DNA of 64,000 nucleotides. Origin: an uncultured delta proteobacterium. Lineage in GTDB: Bacteria; Desulfobacterota; Desulfobacteria; Desulfobacterales; Desulfatirhabdiaceae. Position numbers and translations under genes: made by a program. Every line of letters starts with the position of its first letter. Position 1 is the stretch's first letter. The DNA lies in the NCBI GenBank assembly GCA_963789395.1, contig CAWBKP010000024.1, positions 192,001-256,000 of the forward strand, in the 5' to 3' direction. Positions 41,978 to 51,951 of the stretch are shown here, piece by piece. Under the pieces are notes generated by a model, which saw only the letters and a list, made by a program, of their open reading frames with translations, was not told the DNA's origin and did no database searches.

Positions 41978-43582
41978 TCAAGACATTTGTTTGAGCTTGA
42001 ATCGTTGCAGTTTTCCGGTTTCCGTGCGAGGCAAACCGGTGACAAATTCGATGGCCCGTGGATACTTATACGGTGCTGCATTTTGCTTGACAAAGCCCTG
42101 GAGGGTTTTCACCATTTCTTCGTCAGCACTGTACCCTTGATTCAATACGATGAAAGCCTTGAGGATCTGACCGCGATCGGGGTCCGGAACACCGATGACA
42201 CCGCATTCCGATACCGATGGATGCTCAAGCAGGACGGATTCCACCTCTGGACCCGCCACGTTATAGCCCGAAGTGACAATGATGTCGTCCACCCGTGCAT
42301 GGTAATAAAAATAGCCATCTGAATCCGTATGATAGGTATCTCCGGTGATATTCCAACCGTCTTTAACAAAGGATGTCTGGCGATCATCCGACAGGTAGCG
42401 ACAACCCGTGGGGCCTTTAAGTGCCAGCTTCCCCGTTTCTCCCGTCGCCGTTGGTTTCATTTGATCGTCGACCAACATCCCGCGATATCCGGGCAGGATC
42501 TTGCCCAATGCCCCTTCACGATAATTATCCGGATCTGAAGCAAGGTAAATATGGATCAGCTCGGTTCCACCGATTCCATCGTATATCTGTATGCCGGTGC
42601 CCTCCTGCCATTTCTTTCGTGTATCCACCGGCAGGGCTTCGCCTGCGGATACACATTTTTTGAGACTTTTGATGTCGTGCTGAGAGACCAAACCCGTCAT
42701 TTGACGATAACCGGTGGGAGAAGTGACACAGATGGTGGCGCGATATCGCTCAATGGCCTCCAGCAAAGCAGGCGGGGTAAGTTTTTCCAACAAAACAGTG
42801 CTGGCCTTTGCCCATAGCGGAAAACAGAGAAGCCCCCCCAGGCCGAAAGTGAACGCGAGGGGAGGGGTGCCGATGAACACATCGTCAGCGGTTGGTTTTA
42901 ACCAGTAGCCCGGAACAACTTCGCACATGGCCATCACATCACGGTGAAGATGGACACAGCCCTTGGGAATCCCCGTGGTGCCGGAAGTGAAGGCAATCAA
43001 GGCAGGGTCATCCGAGGCGGTAACTACTGCGGTAAAATCAGAGGATTTGGCGGAAAGTTTACTGGAGAAAGCATCATCACCAAATAGCAATACATGAGAC
43101 AGCTCCGGGCATGCAGGGCGAACCAGGTTAAGCTCCTCGGCCAGCGAGATTTCACACAGAGCATGGCTGATCTTTGATAACTGAATAAATTGTTTTAGCT
43201 CCTTGGCCCGCAGTAGCGGCATGGTGCCCACCGCCACGCCCCCGGCTTTCCACACGGCAAGCCAGGAGGCGGCAAACCACGGGGTGTTGGCGCCCCTTAA
43301 CAGAACGCGGTTTCCAGGAATGAGTCCCATGTCCTCGGTCAGCACATGTGCGAGTTGATTGACCTTGCATTGCAGGTCCCGGTAAGTCCAGCGTATATCT
43401 TTGCCAATCAACGCGATTCTTTCACCCGCACCCTCCATGACGGCTTTGTCGAGCAGGGCGGCGGCGGCGTTCAAACGATCTGGAAATTGCAGTTCAGGCG
43501 TATCGAAGATAAATTCCGGCAATTGATGCTTCGGCGGCAAGTTATCACGAACAAAACGATCGACATGGGCAGTGTCATACAT
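41978..43582 (-). CDS. Aromatic acid-CoA ligase of the 2-aminobenzoate (anthranilate)-CoA ligase type
   Basis: N-terminus TAHVDRFVRDNLPP...PELQFPDRLN, FTSGTTGIPKG, PPLAFTFGLGG, SAGEALP, DGIGGTE, KGPTGCRYL, APYKYPR, TETGKLQRF. Confidence 0.85.
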   Translation of the reverse strand: MYDTAHVDRFVRDNLPPKHQLPEFIFDTPELQFPDRLNAAAALLDKAVMEGAGERIALIGKDIRWTYRDLQCKVNQLAHVLTEDMGLIPGNRVLLRGANTPWFAASWLAVWKAGGVAVGTMPLLRAKELKQFIQLSKISHALCEISLAEELNLVRPACPELSHVLLFGDDAFSSKLSAKSSDFTAVVTASDDPALIAFTSGTTGIPKGCVHLHRDVMAMCEVVPGYWLKPTADDVFIGTPPLAFTFGLGGLLCFPLWAKASTVLLEKLTPPALLEAIERYRATICVTSPTGYRQMTGLVSQHDIKSLKKCVSAGEALPVDTRKKWQEGTGIQIYDGIGGTELIHIYLASDPDNYREGALGKILPGYRGMLVDDQMKPTATGETGKLALKGPTGCRYLSDDRQTSFVKDGWNITGDTYHTDSDGYFYYHARVDDIIVTSGYNVAGPEVESVLLEHPSVSECGVIGVPDPDRGQILKAFIVLNQGYSADEEMVKTLQGFVKQNAAPYKYPRAIEFVTGLPRTETGKLQRFKLKQMS

Positions 43583-43729
43583 GGCGTCTACTCCTTATTT
43601 ATAAAGTTAACCATATTAAGTTGATGTATCGCTCGATCTGAAATAACCTGAATAAATATCTATCATGAAATATCTACAATTTGATGAATCGATTTCTGTT
43701 ACTGAGATTTGCAGGGCTGATAGCGTTAT

Positions 43730-43750
43730 TTTCCTAATACTATTAGGAAA
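43730..43750. promoter_or_regulatory. Palindromic operator candidate in an AT-rich divergent promoter region
   Basis: TTTCCTAATA-C-TATTAGGAAA; TTGACA at 43916 faces tetR. Confidence 0.5.
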
Positions 43751-44044
43751 TAATGATAAATATACATATAAAATGACAATATAAGTACTTCAATAAATGG
43801 TATTTATTTTAACCGATATTCATAATAGTCAATATAAATACTAAAGTTTATAATTTTATAATAACACAATATAATATAATTGTAATAATCTATCTATTGA
43901 TCTTATAAAAATAACTTGACAATACAAATAACTTAATGATATTTGGAAATATAATGAAGCAATGAATGAATACTGAATATAAAATATGTTCCTAATGATA
44001 TCTCTATGACCGGATTAACCCATGAAGAAACAGGAGAGCGGAAA

Positions 44045-44656
44045 GTGACCCTTAGCAAAAAAGCTGAAGGTACCAAAGACCGCATCATCACCAGCGCAAA
44101 ACAGCTCTTTGCTGAAAATGGATTCCTTAAGACGACAGTTGCGGACATCTGCCGACAGGCCGGCCTTTCTGAAGCGGCGTTGTATGAATATTTTAAGGGC
44201 AAAGAGGACCTGTTGCTCGCAATCCCGGATTTATGGGTCAGTCAGCTGTTGATCGACCTTGAAGACCAGATGTTCGGAGTCCGTGGCGCTTTCAATAAAC
44301 TGAGAAAATACATTTGGTGGATGTACCGTCGTATCGAAGAATCTCCACTGGATGCAAAGGTCGTATACTTGCATCTGAAAACCAATGCGAGCTTTATGGA
44401 AACACCCGTTTACGCCAATGTCAAAACACTCTACCATTATCTGATCGATATATTCGAGGAAGGCATGCGGTCAGGGGAAATGCGGCAGGATCTGGATCCT
44501 ATCGGGGCCCGGACCATTGTCGTTGGAACCATGGACTCCACGGTTACCCGATGGCTGCTTAAAAACATGTCTTATTCCCTGTTTGAAAGGTTGGATGTAA
44601 CCTTCGATCTGTTAGAAGGCGCTTTTTCGAACAAAAACCATGGGAGACAGCAATGA
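44045..44656 (+). CDS. TetR family regulator
   Basis: AKQLFAENGF...TVADIC...SEAALYEYFKGKEDL; GTG start after AGGAG. Confidence 0.92.
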   Translation: MTLSKKAEGTKDRIITSAKQLFAENGFLKTTVADICRQAGLSEAALYEYFKGKEDLLLAIPDLWVSQLLIDLEDQMFGVRGAFNKLRKYIWWMYRRIEESPLDAKVVYLHLKTNASFMETPVYANVKTLYHYLIDIFEEGMRSGEMRQDLDPIGARTIVVGTMDSTVTRWLLKNMSYSLFERLDVTFDLLEGAFSNKNHGRQQ

Positions 44657-45192
44657 AAGTCAGAAAATTGGATCATATTTGCATCGCGGTCAAGAACCTT
44701 GATGAAGCCCGTAAAATTTGGGAGCCGTTTTTGGGGAAGATACAACCGGATGATGCTTACGTGGATGAACCAGAAAGGATCAGGGTCGCCCGATATTGGG
44801 TTGGAGAAGTGGGGTTTGAATTAATGGAATCCACCACACCGGACGGTGATGTCGCCAAATTCATCGAAAAACGCGGCGAGGGAGTCATGCTCATCAGTTT
44901 TAATGTGGACAATACCCGCGATGCCGTAAAAGAGCTTCAAGAAAAGGGCTATCCATTCATACCCGATCCGCAGGGCGAGATTGCAAGGCCTTTCCGAGAC
45001 TGTGAATTCGCATTTGTACATCCGAAGAAGCTCAATGGCGTTTTGACGGAAATTATCGACTATAAGTGGGACGAACTATTAAATGAGCGTCTTCAACGCG
45101 ATTCAGAGAATTCATATGGGGATGCCGGCGGTGTTTCCCTGTCGACTCATATTTTACGACACTTGCCACAGAATATCAGAAATAATGATTGA
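44653..45192 (+). CDS. VOC/glyoxalase family protein (methylmalonyl-CoA epimerase-like)
   Basis: LDHICIAV, FELMES, FIEKRGEG, AFVHPK...GVLTE. Confidence 0.85.
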   Translation: MKVRKLDHICIAVKNLDEARKIWEPFLGKIQPDDAYVDEPERIRVARYWVGEVGFELMESTTPDGDVAKFIEKRGEGVMLISFNVDNTRDAVKELQEKGYPFIPDPQGEIARPFRDCEFAFVHPKKLNGVLTEIIDYKWDELLNERLQRDSENSYGDAGGVSLSTHILRHLPQNIRNND

Positions 45193-45400
45193 CATTCAGT
45201 AAATAATTAGACACAAACGTACACCTGAATTTTCCACAATGTTTTATGCCGTCGCATTACCCGTAAATGTGGCATGTATGAGGTTGTAAAGCCGTCTATG
45301 GAAGGCCTTGTTGATTTTTGCAACAAAGTGCGCTTTCGATGCAACGCTAAAGAACATGCCGATAGTTTTTCTGGATAAACTGCCAAAAAAGGAGAACTGA

Positions 45401-46573
45401 ATGCACAAGACATGGAGATTTTTGTTGGTAGCCGGTATTGTGGCCATTTTTAGCGTGCTTCATGCGAATGCTGATATAAAAATCGGCCTAATGTCTACCC
45501 TGTCCGGGCCAGGCGCAACACTTGGGCAGGACCAGTACGATGCCTTCATGTTAGCGGTTGAGCAGAACGGTGGCAAGCTCGGCGGCTATCCCGTGGTTGT
45601 CATCAAAAAGGATGACCAATTAAAGCCGGATATCGGAGTTCAATTGGCCCAGGAGTTCATCGAAAAAGACAAAGTGGATTTGATGACCGGTGTTATTTTT
45701 TCAAACGTGATGATGGCGGTCTATAATAAAATTATCGATTCCGAAACAATCTTCATCGGTTCCAATGCTGGCCCCTCACAGATAGCCGGGGCCCAGTGTT
45801 CTCCTTATTTTTTCTCAACCTCATGGTCCAACGACAGCCTTCATGAAAATGGTGGCGAGGTTGCCAATATCAAGGGCTATAAAAAAGTCTACCTGATGGC
45901 CGCCAATTATCAGGCAGGAAAAGATGCGCTGTCCGGTTTCAAGCGCCTCTACAAAGGCAGCGTGGTCGATGAGGTCTACACCCAGATGAACCAACCCGAC
46001 TATTCGGCCGAAATTTCACAGTTAGCTGCCTCCAATCCCGACGCAGTCTATATCTTCTATCCGGGTGGGATGGGGATTAATTTCGTCAAACAGTACAAAC
46101 AGGCAGGGCTTATGGGCAAAATTCCGCTGATATCTTCCGCCTCGATAGACGGATCGACGCTGCCTGCTATGAAGGACGCTGCCATTGGCGCCATTACGGC
46201 CGCACCTTGGGAACCGGCATTGGACAATCCTCAGACGAAGAAATTCGTTGCTGATTTCTTCGCAAAGTATAAACGTTCCCCTTCTTTCTACGCGGCACAA
46301 TCCTATGACGCTGCCAACCTGATCGCCTCTGCCTTCTCCAAAACAAAGGGCAACGTTGCAGACAAAAAGGCCTTCATTGCAGCTCTGAAAGAGGCCGACT
46401 TCAAGTCCCTGCGCGGATTTTTCAAGTTTGACAACAATCAGTTTCCCATCACCGACTGGTATATGTGGGAAGTCGTTAAAAATCCCGGAGACGCTGAACC
46501 TTCCTTTGCCTTCAGGGGTAAAACGCTTTCCGAGCATCGAGACGCGTACCACAGCATTTGCCCGATGAAGTAG
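45401..46573 (+). CDS. ABC transporter substrate-binding protein (LivJ/HAAT class, aromatic-acid type)
   Basis: Signal peptide; TLSGP, DDQLKPD, GVIFSNV, NAGPS, NYQAGKD, FYPGGMG. Confidence 0.9.
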   Translation: MHKTWRFLLVAGIVAIFSVLHANADIKIGLMSTLSGPGATLGQDQYDAFMLAVEQNGGKLGGYPVVVIKKDDQLKPDIGVQLAQEFIEKDKVDLMTGVIFSNVMMAVYNKIIDSETIFIGSNAGPSQIAGAQCSPYFFSTSWSNDSLHENGGEVANIKGYKKVYLMAANYQAGKDALSGFKRLYKGSVVDEVYTQMNQPDYSAEISQLAASNPDAVYIFYPGGMGINFVKQYKQAGLMGKIPLISSASIDGSTLPAMKDAAIGAITAAPWEPALDNPQTKKFVADFFAKYKRSPSFYAAQSYDAANLIASAFSKTKGNVADKKAFIAALKEADFKSLRGFFKFDNNQFPITDWYMWEVVKNPGDAEPSFAFRGKTLSEHRDAYHSICPMK

Positions 46574-46578
46574 TCCTA

Positions 46579-46621
46579 CTGGATCCGCCTGAGGTCGCCT
46601 TATAAAAATCAGGCGGCCCAG
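46579..46621 (+). terminator. Stem-loop after the SBP gene (attenuator or mRNA stabiliser)
   Basis: CCGCCTGA...TCAGGCGG stem, extended imperfectly by CTGG/CCAG. Confidence 0.4.
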
Positions 46622-46757
46622 TTCGGAAGCGATATATGATGCCGACGTGATACTCATGGCTCGATCCTGTGAGAGGATCCACCCTTTGGAATATAGAAAA
46701 GGGTTCTATTCAGCGATCTAAATATAAATTTGTTCTGTCTTTTGCCGGGAGCATCCG

Positions 46758-47679
46758 ATGACATTTCCCATGATTCTTACTCAGGCGCTAAACGGATTCC
46801 AACTGGGAGTGCTCATTTTCCTTATGGCTGCCGGCCTGACGCTTGTTTTTGGGATTATGGATTTCGTAAATCTGGCCCATGGATCCCTTTACATGATGGG
46901 CGCATATTTTGCCGCCAGCCTCTGGAATGTGACCGAGTCCTTCTGGATCGCAGCCGCAGGTGCGGTTGCAGGCGGATTTATCCTTGGCGTCGTGGTTCAG
47001 CAAATCGCATTGAAGACACTGTTCGATCGGGACCACTTGGACCAGGTGCTGGCCACTTTCGGACTTATTCTTTTTTTCAACGAACTGACAAGGATGATTT
47101 GGGGCCCAAGCCCCTATTACATGGGTTTGCCTGAGGGGCTTTCCGGCGCGGTTGCGTTCTGTTGGGATCACCTATCCGGTTTATAGACTTTTGATCATCG
47201 GCGTCGGACTGACGGTTGCGCTTGGTGCATGGATCGTCATCCAGAAGACGCGGGTCGGAATGCTGATACGGGCGGGAGCCTCTATCGGCTGGATGCTTGG
47301 AGCCCTCGGGGTTAACGTAAAACTGATGAAAACGTTACTTTTCGGCGTAGGCGCGGCCTTGGCCGCCTTAGCCGGCCTTATGGCGGGTCCCATCCTCTCC
47401 GTCCAATCCGGAATGGGTGAACCGATCCTTATTTTGACCCTGGTTACCATCGTGATCGGGGGTATAGGCTCTGTCAGGGGCGCGTTTTTAGGTGCGCTCA
47501 TCGTTGGAATCGTCGATACGTTAGGTCGTACGATGCTCCCGCTCATCCTCAGGCAATTCCTGGATCGATCCTTTGCCAATGCTGCGGGCCCGGCACTGGC
47601 TTCCATGCTTATCTATCTTTTGATGGCCGGAGTCCTTGCCGTAAAACCAAAAGGCCTTTTCCCCGTAAAAAACAGTTGA
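46758..47679 (+). CDS. ABC permease (LivH type), frameshift near 47160
   Basis: AAGLTLVFGIMDFVNLAHG; GMLIRA; IGGIGS; KPKGLF. Confidence 0.88.
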
Positions 47680-47692
47680 GTGGACTAACCAA

Positions 47693-48644
47693 ATGAATTT
47701 TTTGCGTGCTCCCAGAAACATGCTCGCCTTTGCGACCCTGATTGTTCTGTCTTCCGTGCCTGTTGTCTCGACCTTGATAGACCAGCCTTTTTACATGACT
47801 TTTTTTTTACGGATAATGATATACGCACTCGCTGCCCTTTCGCTGAACATGATCCTTGGTTATGGGGGTCTTGTCGCCTTCGGACACGCGCTTTACATTG
47901 GAATCGGTGCCTATTCCGTCGGTATTCTGGTCTCCATGGGTGTGACGAACGGCTGGATACATCTCAGCGCAGCGATTATGTTTTCCTTGGCAGTTGCGCT
48001 CTTCACCGGTGCGATTTCACTAAGGGTCACCGGCATTCCCTTTATTATGATCACCCTGGCGTTTGCCCAGATGTTTTTCTTCCTGGCGATCAGTCTCAGG
48101 CAATTCGGTGGTGACGAGGGAATGACGATTCCCGTGCTGAGTGATTTCGGCTTGGTCGATCTGGGCCAAAAAAGTGTTTTCTACTACTTCGTTTTCTCCA
48201 TTTTGCTTTTTTATCTATACTGTTATCTGGCGCCTTATAAATTCCCGTTTCGGTATGGTCCTTCGTGGTTCAAAGGGTAACGTCCGGAGGATGAAGGCAC
48301 TGGGATTTCCCACCTTTCGCTATCTTTTAGCCGCCTATGCGATTTCAGCAGTCATGTGCTCGCTGGCGGGCGTCTTGCTTGCCAATCTCACCGGATTTGC
48401 CTCTCCCGATTATATGGCGTGGAGCCTGTCCGGAGAACTTATCGTTATGGTGGTCCTTGGCGGGATCGGCACATTGATGGGTCCGGTAGTGGGGGCAATG
48501 GCGCTGATGCTTTTGGAAGAGGCGCTGTCTCTTTGCACCGATCACCGGATGATCGTGCTGGGGCCGATGATCGTTTTTACCGCAATCATGGCCAAGCGGG
48601 GAATCGTAGGGCTTTTCCCCGCATCCGAGGGTGAACGCAGATGA
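47693..48644 (+). CDS. ABC permease (LivM type), frameshift near 48215
   Basis: GYGGLVAFGH, FIMITLAFAQM, GGDEG, SRFG, VVLGGIGT. Confidence 0.88.
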
Positions 48645-49387
48645 GCGGGGACGTCCTTAGCATCCGTCGTCTGGTCAAGTCATTCGGTTCTCTAATGGCC
48701 ACCTTCAATCTAAATATGGATGTCAGACCCGGAGAAATCCATGCCATAATCGGTCCGAACGGCGCCGGCAAGACAACGCTCATCTCTCAATTGGCAGGCG
48801 AGCTTAAACCCGATTCGGGGAGCATTTTTTTTGAAGGCAGGGACATTACGGCCATGCCTGATATACAAAAGGGCCCGGTTGGGGCTGGCCCGCAGCTACC
48901 AGATTTCTTCGGTTTTTCTCGAATTCACCGCTCTTGATGAATGTCGCGCTGGCGGTACAGGCCCAAAGAGGCCACAGCTTCAGATTTTGGGAAGCATGCG
49001 GCGGATTCGGATGAATTGAATGGTCCAGCCATGGAGGCCCTGGCTGCAGTCGGATTGGGAGAACAGATCAACACTCCGGTGGCAAGTATGGGCCATGGCG
49101 AGCGCCGTCAGTTGGAACTGGCAATGGTGATCGTAAACAAACCGAAACTGCTTCTTCTTGACGAACCCTTGGCTGGGATGAGTCCAAAGGAAAATCAAGC
49201 CATGATGTCCCTTCTGGCCGCCATGAAGGGAAATGCCTCCATGGTTCTTATTGAACACGACATGGAGGCGGTATTCTCCTTGGCGGACAGGATTTCCGTG
49301 CTTGTCTATGGCACGATAATCGCCTGCGGAACGCCGGATGAAATTCGAGCAAACGAAGACGTGCGTGCGGCTTATTTAGGGGATTGA
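48641..49387 (+). CDS. ABC ATPase (LivG type), several frameshifts
   Basis: GPNGAGKTT, ARSYQ, LLLDEPLAG, IEHDM, VRAAYLG. Confidence 0.88.
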
Positions 49388-49416
49388 TCGATAACGGAAG
49401 GTTTGAACGTGATATA

Positions 49417-50127
49417 ATGACTGGACTTTTTTCCATGAAGGGCGTCTGCGCCAAGTATGGTCTGTCCCAGGTCCTGTTCGACGTCTCGGTTACAATCGAG
49501 GAAGGCGAGTGCATATCGCTGCTCGGCAGAAACGGGATGGGCAAAACAAGCGCCATAAAATGCATTGCCGGTCTGCTGCAAGCGGCATCTGGCGAAATAA
49601 AGTTCGGTGGCAATACGATAACCGGGTGGCCGTCTCACTGCATCGCCCGAATTGGCATGGGCCTCGTTCCGGAGGGAAGACATGTTTTTCCAAATCTGAC
49701 GGTAAGGGAGAACCTTATCGCCACTGCTGCAAACCGTATTAATGCTCGCAACCCTTGGACCCTCGGCCGTATATACAAACTGTTTCCTCGGCTGGAGGAG
49801 CGCAGGGGGAACCTCGGCATAAACCTTTCCGGAGGCGAGCAGCAGATGCTTGCCATAGGACGGGCACTACTGACAAATCCCCGTCTGCTGATCCTTGATG
49901 AAGCTACAGAAGGACTATCGCCGTTAATTCGCAAAGAGATATGGGCTTGCCTGGCAATGTTGAAAGATGAAGGTCTGTCTATCCTGGTGGTCGACAAAAA
50001 TCTGGACGCTCTCTGCAAACTTTGCCATCGCCACTTTGTATTCGAAAAGGGTCATATCGTGTGGTCCGGTACTACGGAAAATCTGGTCGCCGACCGTGAA
50101 ACCGTAGACAACTATATGGGAGTATAA
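49417..50127 (+). CDS. ABC ATPase (LivF type)
   Basis: GRNGMGKT, VPEGRHVF, LSGGEQQMLAIGRAL, LDEATEGL. Confidence 0.92.
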   Translation: MTGLFSMKGVCAKYGLSQVLFDVSVTIEEGECISLLGRNGMGKTSAIKCIAGLLQAASGEIKFGGNTITGWPSHCIARIGMGLVPEGRHVFPNLTVRENLIATAANRINARNPWTLGRIYKLFPRLEERRGNLGINLSGGEQQMLAIGRALLTNPRLLILDEATEGLSPLIRKEIWACLAMLKDEGLSILVVDKNLDALCKLCHRHFVFEKGHIVWSGTTENLVADRETVDNYMGV

Positions 50128-50128
50128 A

Positions 50129-51007
50129 ATGGCTTCAATAACTTCGGACCGGGAAGAGCTGGACAGGCAATACAATGCCCGGGCCACTGTCGCCGATGTG
50201 AATGTATATCTCAATGCCTACAGGGAGGAATCGGAACGGATGCTCCGGACGCTGCCTTGCGTCCGTGACTTGGCATACGGACCAGGTCAAGATGAGAAAT
50301 TGGACATTTTCCGGGTTCCCGGGGTGCCGGATGCGCCCGCTTTTGTTTTCCTCCACGGAGGCTACTGGCGGGCCCTTTCCAAAGAAGATTCCTGCTTCAT
50401 GGCCGGCAATTTCACCGCCCACGGGATTGCGGTCGTTGTCGTCAACTACAGTCTGGCTCCGGATGCGAAACTGCATAAAATAATTTCCCAGGTTCGCACT
50501 GCCATCGCCTGGCTCTGGCAAAACGGCTCGGCCCATGGCCTTGATCCGGATCGCATCGTCGTGGCAGGAAGCTCTGCCGGAGGGCACCTGGCAGGCATGG
50601 CGCTTTCCGGCGGCTGGCAGAAATCCCATGGATTGCCGCAAGACGTCATAAAAGCAGGTTTCGGGGTGAGCGGCCTGTACGATCTTTCCCCCATTCCAAA
50701 GACCCATGTAAACGAGTGGCTCGGACTGGACGACGCGATGGCTCGCCAGATGAGCCCCCTGTTTCATCTTCCGGAGAGGAGTTGCCACCTGGTACTCGCC
50801 TTTGCCGAAACCGATACGGACGAATTCAAAAGACAAAGTCTGTCATATAAAGCTGCCTGGGAAGCAGCAGGATTTCCGGTCATCTGCTTCGAGGTGCCGC
50901 GTCGCAACCACTTCAACATCATTTTGGACTGGCAACGTCCGGATTCATCCATGACACTGTCCGCGCTAAGTCTTTTTAAAGAAATAACTCTGGAAAGGAA
51001 ACGCTAA
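50129..51007 (+). CDS. Alpha/beta hydrolase, arylformamidase (kynurenine formamidase)-like
   Basis: QYN, LDIF, HGGYW, NYSLAP, GSSAGGHL nucleophile elbow, SGLYDL, SP, EF..QS, NHF. Confidence 0.8.
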   Translation: MASITSDREELDRQYNARATVADVNVYLNAYREESERMLRTLPCVRDLAYGPGQDEKLDIFRVPGVPDAPAFVFLHGGYWRALSKEDSCFMAGNFTAHGIAVVVVNYSLAPDAKLHKIISQVRTAIAWLWQNGSAHGLDPDRIVVAGSSAGGHLAGMALSGGWQKSHGLPQDVIKAGFGVSGLYDLSPIPKTHVNEWLGLDDAMARQMSPLFHLPERSCHLVLAFAETDTDEFKRQSLSYKAAWEAAGFPVICFEVPRRNHFNIILDWQRPDSSMTLSALSLFKEITLERKR

Positions 51008-51072
51008 AACGCGGAGCAGCCCCGCCCAAAAAGGTTTTCGGGCCTTTCTATTGAGAGAATGACGGTTGTGCA

Positions 51073-51493
51073 TTATTGAAATTTGATCGTTACTTTCTTT
51101 CCGCCATCCTTGGATTTCATCTTGATCGTCAGATTGATGCTGCTGTCCCGGATGCCCAGGGCCAGCTGGGTTTTTCCTTCACCGCCCTCAAGGTGCGTAA
51201 TGCCGATCAGGGATTCGATGATTTTGTCAGCCACGTCGCCGCCGGGAGAGGGAAGCTCAGTTTGGCGGTATTCGGCAGTCACGTTTACAGTGCCGTCAAC
51301 TGTTTTTGTAATGGCATATTTTCTCGGCATTGTTGTTCACCCCGTGCAGCGCGGCCAATGCCAGCCATTTTAATGCAGCTTCTGTCTTGTCCGCGTCATT
51401 TTTCACAATGGACATTTCTTTGAGCGGGTCGGTGGTTGCAAAGCAATTGCACAGTTCCTGCACTTTTAAGTGTAAATTTCCCGTATCTTTCAT
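51073..51493 (-). CDS. Hypothetical protein of about 140 aa, one frameshift near 51318
   Basis: RBS AAGGAGA; ORFs 51296..51493 and 51073..51330 join into one plausible protein. Confidence 0.65.
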
Positions 51494-51579
51494 AGCGTTA
51501 TCTCCTTAATATACTGGAAACCAGGTTGACCCCGGTTTCCAGCGTATGTCGTGATAAACGGATTTTCCCCTTTGACCGA

Positions 51580-51802
51580 TCATTTGATGGCCGTAGGTTT
51601 GCAAAGATGGCCCTTTTCCATGGCCACCCGGCCGCATCCGTCGCAGACGAATTTCATGGCCGCCAGTTTATCTTTGCATATATGGCCGGCAGTTGACATT
51701 CGGTGTTCCGCAAAAACTGCAATTTGCTTTGTCTCCGCAAGGATCGCACAAATGGCCCGGGTCGTTTGCAACAGCTCCGCAATTCTTACATGTATGTGCC
51801 AT
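51580..51802 (-). CDS. Small Cys/His-rich protein with three CxxC-x8-HxC repeats, one frameshift near 51693
   Basis: RBS AAAGGAGA, ATG at 51802; reconstructed MAHTCKNCGAVANDPGHLC...CSFCGTPNVTAGHIC...CDGCGRVAMEKGHLCKPTAIK. Confidence 0.75.
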
Positions 51803-51951
51803 GATGATTCTCCTTTTCAGTTTAATCGTTGAATTCGCACTAAAAACATCCTATAAACAAAATTAAGATGGATAATATTATCTGTCAATGCAGCCTCGGG
51901 AAAAACACTTGTTTCGGATATTTCAATTGCAATTCAGAAAGGATAGATCGA

